From Klebsormidium nitens (lineage: Eukaryota > Plantae > Klebsormidiophyceae): a DNA stretch of 64,000 bases. Location: assembly GCA_000708835.1 (NCBI GenBank), contig DF237145.1, forward strand, positions 86,010-150,009. Direction: 5' to 3'. Below are positions 1-11,300 of the stretch, piece by piece. Numbering within the stretch: position 1 is the first letter of the stretch; each line of letters begins with the position of its first letter. The notes below the pieces were generated by a model that was not told the DNA's origin, made no database searches, and saw only the letters and a list, made by a program, of their open reading frames with translations. Made by a program: the position numbers and the translations under genes.

Positions 1-85
1 GTAGCCAAACCTGCCTGTACAACCTCAACTATCCCCGTTCGCTTTTATCGAATGACAAATGACACGTGTGCATTTCTGTCTACAG

Positions 86-3000
86 GCAACCTTGGCGGAG
101 GAGAAAGACGATTTGGCCCGACGGAAAGCGACGTCCGACCAAACGGTGACTGACCTAGAAACTAGACTGGCGGGAGAAACCAGGTTGCGGCTTGCCGCTG
201 AGGAGGCCCAAACCAGTTTGCGACTGGAAACCGAGAATCTTAAAAAGGTGGGCCTGCTTGTCACTCTCAAGAGGACGTTTCCTCTTTCTGGCCTTCTAAT
301 CTACGTCTTGACGGCCAGAAGAAGATGCAACGGACAAGAGTTGTAACCAGGTGCGTACACTGTGTCCAAGCGTCTTCTGTGATTCAGGCCCAGTGACTTG
401 ACTTTACATTCCTGTCGATCACCCGATATAAAAGCAGCCGATTGCGGGGACGGATTTCCACTGCAGAGTCGCTAGAATTCAAGGATTTAATCAAGCAGCA
501 GCGTTGTAAGACAGCGTAAGCATTGCGTTTGCATCGGTGAGATGATGTTAGTTCTTGAGACTTGGTTACAAAGCAGATTGCGTTATATACACGCATCATT
601 GTGCAGAATAAGAAAGCCACCATAAAGCTGAAAAGGGAACATTGACTAGAAGGGCTCCGTGCCGTCGCAGGACCATCGAGTTGCGCAAGAGGAAGCTCAC
701 AAGAGAGCGGAGCAGCGGCTCGCGAAAGAAACGGTAAGCAAGCTTGACGGACTTCGAAAGCTCCTTTTGTCACCTATTCAATGCGTCCATCAAATGCCAT
801 GTATCTGTCCTTTGGCCAGCATAAATCTAGGAGATTCATGCACACGGTTCGCCATCATGCTACAGACACCAGCAACTGAACGCCGCTCCTCGTATCCAAT
901 CTCGAATAAGAAATCTAAGATAAGGAACAGGGTCAGTGGGTGCGGTTCCTCAGACTGACTGTATTGGACTCAATCGCAACTTTCCCGCTTGACAAGGTAA
1001 GAGGACGCAGACTGTTACCAAGCTTCGACTTGAGAGATTAAATCAAAGACACGAGAGATTGCTGATTGACTTTCTTATGCGCAGGGTTTCTTACACGCCG
1101 CCGAAGAACGTGCCAAGGACGCTGAGGACCGACTTGCGTCCACTATTAACGAGATCGAATCGCTCCGGGGCTTGCTCGCCCGACAAAAAGACGACAATAA
1201 AGTTGCAGCCGCCCGGTTCCGGTCCGAAGAGGAGATTGCGCAGCACCAGATCCGGCGGCTAGAAGAAGCGCTGCAGGACGAGCGGAAGAACGGAAAGGAT
1301 GACGTGGCGCGGCTGAAGGCGAAACACGTGGCGGAGATCGAGGCGGCGGAGAAGGAAGCGGGGGCGCTGCGGAAGGCAAAAGACGACGCTCTGAGAGTGA
1401 GTCTCTCAATGATCTATTACGGGTCTTCAAGGATGACCGTAATTGACAAGTCGCCCACTCAGATCTTCAGACCGTGCACAACGTTAGGCGTCGGATCCTC
1501 TTCTTCAAGGAGGAGACGTTTTCTTCCAGAAACATCGAGCTGACTCCTATGACTGAAGATCCCTGCAAGCAGAAAAGACGGGACCCTCGGTACTTGCGGT
1601 GAGCATTATTGTCGCTTGATCAGTAGCTAAGCAATTTGCGAAGGATGGAATGCATTAGTGAGTGTATGGATGCTTTCCCCCCTTCTTCCGCAGAATTTTC
1701 TCAAGGGACGAAGCTCCCCAAGTTAGCCGAATCGACAGAGCACCCGTCTTGGAAAAGCTTCCACTATCTTATGAGCACAAGTTCCCCGCTACTTCTAAGC
1801 GCTCTCTGCTCCCGAACTTATATCAAAAAGTTGAACTCGCCGTTTTGAATCAGTACGCGCTTCTTTCAAAGCAGGAGTCTGAACGGTGTCAATCCGCGCT
1901 CCGAGCGTCGTCAGTAGAAGCAGCGGAACGCGTTGAGAGGGCGGAAAGGAAGGTGCGAGAAGAGAAGGTGCGCTGTGTCACATTCCTCTTTCCAGTCTAC
2001 GCTTATGTAGAGCTGCGTTTGCAAAACTCACGGGTGTGGCTGCTCAGGCAAAAGAAAAGTGACTCGCAGAGTAGATATCTGACCACTGATATGACAGACT
2101 CTTTAGACCAAACTTCGTTTGGTGTGAAATTCAGGCTGTACCTGGCGTTTTCTGACGTGAAATTTTTCTGTTTGTATCTCAATGCAATCGAGAGGGCGTA
2201 CCATCAAAGTCACTTCTCCGAATATGCAGCAACAGCCAAACCTTTGCTATCTATGTCAAAGGATGTTTTAACAAATATCATCACTGGAAGCGGCACTTTT
2301 ACTTTTTCTGCAGACTCCTTCGTCCCTTGAAACTTGTATTAGATTCCTCTCGACGGACGGTCTCAGTCAGCTCAACCTCCTTCGCAAAACCTGTCATAAA
2401 CTCCCGGTTTGGCTCAACCCAGGTCTGCTCAACCCCCTTCTCAAACCCTGTTTAAACCCCCATTTCGGATCCCCCCAGGACGCGGCCGTGAACGCGCTCC
2501 AGCGGCAGCTCGCGGCGCTCGACGCGCAAAAGGCGGCCGCGGCGGAGCAGAACGAGATCCTACAAAAGGAACTGAAGAAAGCCAGCAAGGCGCTTCTGTC
2601 CAAGACCGAGGAGTGCGAGCGCGCGCTCGCGCGCGAAGAGGCGGAGCGGCAGGGCGGGGAGGCGCGGCGCGCGGAGGCCGACGCGCGTGCTGAGGCGGCG
2701 CTGGCAGAGGCGGTGAGAAGAAAATTTTGGTTCTTTCTCGCGTCGCCGAGCTTTGGACGTCTCCCGGAAGAGAACTTCGTGTGACGTGGACATATGGTGG
2801 TTGCTGCGCGCTCGTCGCTCACTAATATGGGGCCGATTCTGGCGCACTTTTCAAGAGTCATTCCAAGGAGAGTTTTATTGCGTCCAGTTTTGAAGTTCAC
2901 AGCTTCACTCAGCCGGCTACAAGAACCTTTCAATCTTAACAGGTTTGATCCAGTAAGGGCATATGTTCCCTTTCTCCAAGGTTGAAGAAACCGAAGAAAC

Positions 3001-4579
3001 CCATACCCTAGGTGCTGCGTGCTTTGCGAGGCCATCTGTTCTCTGTTCTCGCGCTTCTCTATGGCGAGCCCTCACAACCAACAACATTACAGCGGAAACA
3101 CCTTTGTGACGTACATTCGTGTCCTAAGGATGCAGTATCCGTCGCTGATCGAAAGAAACAGGGACATCCACACCTCAAACTTGTCAGAAATCAGAGGTCC
3201 TGGCCATCTCAACTGCGGTGGTTTGTTAGCAAGAACGAGTTTGCGGGACTGCGGAAAACCGACTGACCAACTTCTCAAGTCTTTTCTCTCGTTATCAACA
3301 GGCGCAAAACAAGCACAAATGGACCACCGCTGAGGAGCAAATGCGAGTGCTTCGAAGTGAGCTGGCAGAGTTGAAAGCGCAGAAGACGACCGCCGAGCAA
3401 CAGATCAAGCAGGTGAATTCCTCTAGGAAGCTGCCTGTTCGCTAACCAACTGCTCGCGAAAAGGTCATGAAAAACCTCTGCCTATTTCCTTTGTTGGAGC
3501 GAGCAGTCTGGCTGGGTAGCTCTATTCAAAGGGTCTGCGCCCGGATCAGAATCTTAGTAATCTATTCGCTGGTACTCAGATTTGCGATGACTCGCTGGGG
3601 CTGCGTCCGGTCTCGATCAGCATCGCTGTTGAAAGGGGTGCCGGGTGTCCCGATTGATTGCATTGGCATCAGGAGCCGGTCAGATTGGTGTAAAAAAGTC
3701 AGTGCGGTCCTTGCTTGATCATAATGAACAATGGCCGCAGACTGCGAACTAATGAACTTACCGCTTGATTCGGCCCGCTGTCAATCTTGCAGATTTCTTT
3801 CAGACTTGGACATGACGCCCTTAACCCAGGACTTTTGCCCATTTGCGATTTGAATGTGGCAGAAAGGCCTTTGTCAATGAGAATCCCGACAGAAACTTTG
3901 CTACGTTGCAGCAAGCAAGCGACCGGAGGCGGCACGAAGAAGAACTTGCCGACTCGAAGGCCGCATTCGAAGCCGCCCAACGAAGCATCAAAGAGGTGAG
4001 CACTAGTTTAATGCTGTCTCCCGTCCTTTCCGCACAGTCTTCCTCGAATCCGTAACCCGAGACATGAGGTTTACAGCAAGAGAATTTGAGGACCCAACTC
4101 CCAGGGAACAGGTGACTGTGGGAGAGTCGCCGCGACTAAAAGAAGTGAGTTATCCTCGTAGCAGAAGTACGCAATCCAAACTTGGATGGAAGGTCTTCTA
4201 CGAAGTGCCATTGAAAGCGCACAAATTGTGTTTGTGCGAGTCGATCCCTCTTGAGCAGAATATGAATTTCTCACATTCAGCAACATTCTGTTCTTCCTAA
4301 AAGCACCGAAAACAGTCGAATGCTGCTGCGTTCAGCCTCCGTTGCAGCCCCAAAACGTCATTCGGACGAAGTTATACACCGGTTTTAACAGAGGATATCC
4401 GCCTTTCTCGTTCCGTGCAGCTTCAAGCGGAGATCGACCGGCGGAACGCAGAGGCGGAGCGCCGCCTCGCGGGCGCGGAGGCGGCTCTGTCTGATTGGTC
4501 GCGACAGCAATTTGCGGCGCTTAGAGCGGCCAATACCGGGTCTGGGTCTCAACCCACCAGAATGGCTATGCGTTCTTAG
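86..4579 (+). CDS. Long coiled-coil protein of unknown function, 5' end outside the window, multi-exon
   Basis: GT-AG bounded, phase-0 exons at about 86-247, 670-733, 1085-1396, 1854-1967, 2479-2712, 3301-3411, 3911-3995 and 4421-4579. They encode heptad-like E/K/A/R/L-rich sequence (e.g. IAQHQIRRLEEALQDERK, LQKELKKASKALLSKTEECERALAREEAER) and end ...PTRMAMRS* at TAG 4577-4579. No recognisable domain. Confidence 0.8.
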
Positions 4580-5389
4580 TCTCCCCTTTCCATCAATCGT
4601 GTCTTCTTACTTAAAATATCATTTGGGTACAGCGGTCTAGCGCACTCTCCCTTCAGGATGGGTTCGAATCTCTAGTGCGGCTGCTGTCCCGGTTTGCATG
4701 ACCGACGTCCGGAGGACGGGACGACAGGAGCTCAGCAGACGGTCAATGAGTCAATGACACGCTGCAGACTCAAGCTTTGTGCGCTGGGTCATTCGATCTC
4801 CGGGTACAGCAGCAGATGCATCAGGTTGTACACAATGTTATAAATGATTGACGCCTAATTGTCATTGTGACTCACGTACCACGACATTTTCAAGTTTCGC
4901 ATGGCTATGTGATGCGTCATCTTTCACAATGTCCGGGATCACACCATACCATGTATGGCGTAGAGTGGTGACTGAGTTGATGGTGAGGGGACCCATTTGC
5001 TGACGGTAGCCTTTGCAATGTAGTGATCGAGTTCACTAGATCGATTGTCCTGGCACCTGACTGATCATAACATACGATGCGCGTGGGCGTGCAATCATGT
5101 ACACCGTCGTACCGCTAACACGCGGGCCAGCTTCAGCGTTTCTTTGCTTGATAGAGTATTCACGTCTGCTTCTTGCAGTCTAATTGAAGCAAAGAGAGAT
5201 CACAAGTTGTACAGAGCGCTTACATATCAGCACCTCTGGATCCGACGTTCGTGTTCGTTTCTCAAAACTATTTCGTTCTGTCATTTTGTCCCAATTCAAC
5301 ACTATTGTGTTCAACATTACACTACAATGATCAGCCGCGCGAGCATCAATCATCTTGTTCTGCTTGCCTGCTCTTTGTACAGTCGATCC

Positions 5390-8369
5390 TCAGAACACTT
5401 TGCGTCGACTTGCTTGAAGTTTCCAAAACTTGCGGGTCTCATCAAGGTTGTCCAAGAGCGAATCTATCCCTGTGCATGGTGCCAACGCCGCTAGGAGCTT
5501 GAATAAGGGGATGGTCACTTTCTCGCACCAATAGAGCTGCATTCAATTAAGGTGGAGATAGAGTAAGTGAAGGTCATCGATAACACTGGTTTGTATGTAT
5601 GAGCAGCTTGGAGGGGAGTGATTTGACTGGTGAATTGCGGATCAGAAAGGGTTATAGTCTTCGGTTAACAAGATTTGCCTTTGGCAGGCACCGTATAACA
5701 GTTGCTTATGAATGTTTAGGCACCAGTACAAATGAACTCGCTTTTCTATTTTTGGGTTTGAGAGTATAAAAAGAGACAACCAAGCCGGAGAACTCCGCAT
5801 CGAGATCGACATGAAAATCCTAGAAATTCGACACATCCAAGTCCATCCATATGAGTCGTAGTGCGTTACCTGCGATTGGTACAAATCCGCTTCGACAAGC
5901 TTCGCGCTGGGGGACTCTTTCATCCCCAAGGCCCGCTCAATGTCGATCTGCAGGGACACAGATCTCGAACGGTAAATTCAGAGAAAATCTTGAGTCTCAA
6001 AGATTTTGAAAGGGTTTCGGACAAACATTCTGCTCGCAGCGGCAGTTTGAGATATTTGGAACCGCAATCGAATGAGGTCTCAACAAGCTGCGCCGTAGTC
6101 TCTCGATCGACTCGTTAAATCTCTTCAAGATCGGGCTTACCTGGTTCCGAAACTCGGCGTACAGGCGTGCAACCCAGAACTGCGCCGCCTGCGGTCCCCG
6201 GGCTTCGTTGCCGATGTCAGCGCCTGCACGGTGGGCAGAAAGTGACGTCAAACAAGAAAGAAGAAAAGATCCGTTCTGGTCTCACAATGGAATTCTGATT
6301 AGATGCTACCCCGTTCTATCCCTTGTTTTGATCTGTCAATTTTAATCCAGCGAGGAGGCTGCCAATCAACTTCTCTCAGACGTGCGTTAGGAGGCGAAGC
6401 AAAGATGGAGATAAGTCCGCCTCGAAGGATGCGCAGAGGTCTTCAGCGTCAACCACTTGGAAACGCTTTGATGATGCAGTAAAGCCTATTCCCCTCAGCG
6501 CCTGTACAAAGTTTGCAGCACGCTTTCAACGGAATCTGTGGGCAGGAGCCAGAAAATATGCGTTGACAGTCTTAGGAAAAACGGAAAAGAAGATCACGCA
6601 TGTGAAAGCTTACAATATCACGAGCAGGCTCGCTGAAGTTGCGGATTTTAACGATATCCTTTATCCATCACGCTCAAGCCCTAGGTTCTAAATCCCCTCA
6701 ACCTCTGAACTTTCATACCTCTGGAATCTCAAACTCAGAAAGGAACCGGCAGAGGAACCGTGAGTAAGCAAATGGATCCTACATTTCATGAGCAGGCTCG
6801 CCAAGAAGTTGCGGTTCGACCGGTCCCGCCAGTCGACGCCCATCTCCGCCCACCGGCGCCACTTTTGCAGAAGCGTCCCGTGCCGCGCCATGTCGGTCGC
6901 GCCGATGCCTGCCACGTCAGCGGGAATTCAGCATGACGTTATCAAAGATCACGCGCAACGCGTGAACTTTACCTGGGGCCGGCTTTAAAGTCGCGTGGAG
7001 GTCGCGATCGAAATGTTACCATAAGCTGATGTTTGCGCAGGAGCAAGCGTGCGACCTCATCTCGTGCAGCCCTGATTTGAGGGACTTTGGAGGATTATTC
7101 CGGAGAGCCATTTTTCACGGCGAAACTGCTTTGATATGAGCCGTGAGTTCTGCTTTCGAGATTGCGCAGAAAGAAGTAGTGCGCTATAGTAAGTGCGATA
7201 CAAGTCCTGGCAAGCAACCGTCCCAGGTTTTCGACCAGATTAAGTACATTTACTTACCGCTTAGAATCAACACGTCCCTCCCAATCGAACGAGCCAATTG
7301 CTTTGGCTCTTCACTTTGAGTGCCTTGCGCCTTAGGGGAAGCACCTAGACTGGCGCAATCGTCCAACTACGTCATCAAGCAAGGCGTCAAGAGGGAGCGC
7401 CGACTCACACTCCGCCACGGTGTCAAGCAGCCTCGCCCGGTCCGATTCGGACAGCTCGCTCAAGATGTCCGTTTCGGATGCGCTCAGCAGGGTTTCGAGG
7501 TTTTGAAAGTGGAGGCGCTCGTTGGTGCTCGTCGGGAAGCGCTTCGCGGCCGGCGCCTGAATCTCCTTCAGGAAGTCGTTGGTCAGGCCCACGTGGCCCA
7601 GGTCGTGACACAAGCCTGACGTCATGGAAGAAGTTAGAGCCGTGGCTTGGAACCGGGGGGGAGATTTGGCATAAGAAGGAAGGAAGAACATTAGCTTGAG
7701 ACCTGGTACCACTTGTAAAAAGAAAAGTCGTGGTTCACTTGGGCCAAGTCCTGACACAGACCTGATCACCCGGATTGGCGGATTCTGAAGGTAACATAAA
7801 CATAAGGCTTCCGAAATTCAAAGGCATTTATCCACCCACTTGCGATGGGCACTGCGTCGACCTTGAGCGGCACTTGTGCGCGCATCTGGATGTCGGCTCC
7901 AAAGCACGTCCCTACACTCCGAAAGCACGGACCGACTCACCCGCGAGCAACAGCAGACCATCCCGAAGTTCTCAGCACTCTAGTTGTCGCCTTAAAACCC
8001 TGTGTCAGAAAGCATCCGGAAGCCCAAGCCTTACAAAGTTTTAGCGCGCTTACCCGCGATCAGCACGGCCGCGACCTCGAGCGGCTCCAGTTTCGCGCGC
8101 ACCTCCGGCCAGCCTAGAAACACGCACAGCATCTGGACCACGTTGTACACGTGGCACATGTTGTGGTACGGCACGCGGTCGTCGTGCTGCGCGTCCACGT
8201 GGCGCGCGAAGCGCTCGAGCAGGCACGTGTCGATCTTCAGCGCGTCCAGCGCGCCCGCGGCGACCATCAGGCTGACGATGCCAGGGACGAGGTCGCCCCG
8301 GGTTAGTGACAGGGCGTCGACGAGGGGGAAACCGAGGGCGGGAGAATCGCCCGAGGCGCTGGAAATTGC
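5390..8369 (-). CDS. Class I cyclic-nucleotide phosphodiesterase catalytic domain (C-terminal part of the receptor gene)
   Basis: Spliced exons give PYHNMCHVYNVVQ, LIAGLCHDLGHVGLTNDFL, TNERLH, CIGATDMARH, LLMKCADIGNEAR...EFRNQ and YQSQLYWCEKVTIPLF...LLDNLDETRKFW. These match the PDEase_I motifs YHNxxH, HDxxH, ATD, ADxxN and the invariant Gln. Confidence 0.9.
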
Positions 8370-11300
8370 TGCGGTGGCAAGGAAAAAGTTAAGAGAGAAG
8401 CTAAGAGAGAAGCGAAAGCCAACCTCCCAATCGAATTGCGGCGATGGACTCGAGTCTCGTCGAAACTTTCTACAACTCAATTCAAGCAGAACGGGCAAGT
8501 TGGACCGGTTGAGAAACTCCTTCTGCAAAGACTACTTACAAAACGAGTTTCAAGCTGGCACTGAGCTGAGGCAATCTCTTTCGATTCTTTCTGTCAGAAG
8601 AGAGCGAACTCCTTCTCTATTCATGCCTTTATCGTCTTTTTCCAGGCGTCTCAATGATCGCAGTAGCTTGCTATCGAGGAGAGCCCATCAATGAATCTGG
8701 AAGTCCTCTCTTCTAACTTAAGCTTCTTTTGGTCTCCGCTTACCCGTTTCAGGCAGCGGAGGGGAACCCCCCAGCGTGTGCTTCGGCCCCGTGACGAGGT
8801 AAGAGATCATGATACCCTTGCCCTTGATGTGAATAGGCTCTCGCTCCTGGCAGGAAAAGTCTTCCGCGATCTCGTCCCGGGTCTCCTTGGAGATATTCAC
8901 ACAGCCCAGCACGCCGTTGGTCTCCATGCGGCTGGCAACGTGCGGTCATATCGTGTCAAGGAGAATTTCACAACCCTTTTCAGAGGACGCGTTAACGGAT
9001 AATGAATGTGACAGAAGGGTTGCGGTTGCCCGAAAACAGTCCGAGTCTTGGAAAGAAGAAGTGTCAGGGCATTCCTGAAGCAGCAGACTTAACTGTTTAG
9101 CGACAAGCGGCGTGATAAACAGGCCCCATGTGCTTGACATTCAAAGAAGATTGAAAAGAAGCTTGCTGGGTATCGAGAGCGAGACTTCAGAATCATTCCG
9201 ACTGCCGAAGCGTCCTTCAGCGTCAATTTCCCCCTCCTAACACAGACATCATATCAACAGACCAGGGGGCAAGGGAGTGCTTCGGAGGATGTATTGACTG
9301 TGTCGCCCCAAATATCGTAGATGAACTTCCGTGTTCCTGCAGAACATGTAAGGAAAACCCTCAGCCCTGCTTGCCAATCGATGAGTCCTTGGAGACGATG
9401 TAAACATAAATGCCCGCAATATTGTACTATTCGGACCGAAGACTTTAGAAAGTGGGCGACCATGATTGGCGCTTATTCGCCAGGTGCCGGCGTGCAGAAA
9501 AGGCACGAGTTCAAGAGAACCAGACCAGCAAAACTCAGCATTCATGCTGGCACGCCGAGAAAGCCTAAAGTCTCGACAAACATCACCCAATCCAATTCCG
9601 GAAGTTCCTTTTCCGCCCCGCCCCATGCTTAAACAACGCACGGGCTTGAGATAAGTGTCCATCCCGAGTGGTTGCTACACACAAGCAGACTCGTTCATGG
9701 TAAATGCTAGGGTGTCTCTCCACCTGTAAGTTCAACAACCACCGGCCCAGTTTTCAAAACATGGCGCGCGTCGATGCTGAAGCCAAAGATAAGGGCAAAA
9801 GCACGCACTTCTATCACCGTCGCAACCAATCTGATAAGAGCAGAAAGGAAGCACAAGTTTCCATGACCGAACCCAAATATCACAAGCAACCCCGGACCCG
9901 TATATCCACACCAAAGCGCGCGTCATGCTGGACCCCAACATGAAGCAAATCTTTTTTACTGTCATCAACGCAAATAACGAGAAAGAAGAAGAGGGTTGTA
10001 CGTAACCCAACCCGATTATCACCTGTAACCCCTGCCACGACCGGCCCCGTATTTACACCGAATCGCGCGTCGATGCTGGACCCCAGCATGAGGTTGATCT
10101 GCTTAATGGAGAACGCCAAGTCGAGCGCCATTTGCACCGTCGCGTGCGCGTGGTCTAAGCGCTCGCGCGGAAGCCCGCACGCGGCCATGTAGCCGTCCCT
10201 GTGCAGAGGAGTCTAGTGTTTAGGCTTTTAGGGTTTTAGGGAGATGGACCGTCGCTTGCGCGTGGTCTAAGCGCTTGCGCGGAAGCCCGCACGCGGCCAT
10301 GTAGTCGTTCCTGCGCAACACGGTCCGTTTTGCGCGGCGCCTCCGTTTTACGTGGTCGTTTCCTTTGCGCCGTGTCACAATGAGCGTCTTGATGTGGTGT
10401 TACCGTCATATAACATGCGGGCGATCGAAGAAAGGCGGTGTCCTAGGATCACTAAATAGGCGTGCCCCGTAAACGAAATCTCCTTAATACTAACGCGTTT
10501 TAGCGATCCTTCTGAGCTTTGCCTACCGTGAGAAACGCTCTTCTTTCCTTCGACCCCTTGTCTTTGTCAGCTTCTTGATCCTTCTCAGAACATGCTTTCC
10601 TACTCCTTTCTGCTCTTGCTTCCCGCTACTTCTGTTCTTTCACGTTCATTACATCTGGATCAATTACCGCTTAAACGATCTGCAGTCCCAGAAGATCTTG
10701 ATTGACCATGTCTTTCATACGTTGAGAAAGGTCGAGTTGTTGAAAAGTCATCTCGACGGACTTACCCAATGGTCTTGATTTTCTGCACACGAACAAACGA
10801 AGGTAGCGTCAGGAGCCAAATCAGCAGTGACAAGGTGAGGTTTGCAATTCCGCTGATTGAGATCAAAACCGATACAGCTCGCTGTGACCTATCAGCAACC
10901 ATTCTTGAATTACCCAGCAATTTACTTTTGTGCTCCCTTGTTAGTCTCAGTTCGGCAATGCTGGGAACCCGTTTCAAACAGAAATGAACACCGTTCTATA
11001 AGGACCACGAGGAGACTACGGCTCACAAAACTGATGAGCTGTCAATCGCTCGGGACAAACCTAATATTCTTACCTCTCCGCCGTGCCGCCCCACGATGCT
11101 ATCGAACACAGCATGCTGCAAAGGGGCGAGAGGAAATCAGCTCCTTATGCGACGGGCACGAGGAGACCGGAAACAGAACCTGAATCATTTGCAGGAGGAG
11201 AGCAACAATGTCGAAAGAAACATATGAACGCGCAGAAAGATGGAGACGAAGGGCTGCTAAAGCTCGCACTCGTCATGTGCATTTCATTTTACTTGCTTTG

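Noticed and set aside
8002-8694. 230 aa + strand ORF, and similar antisense or intron-read-through ORFs (1662-2330, 2394-3035, 34566-35159, 39292-39909)
   Set aside because: These are shadows of GC-rich exons on the opposite strand or in another frame, or exon frames running into introns. They have no independent motifs.
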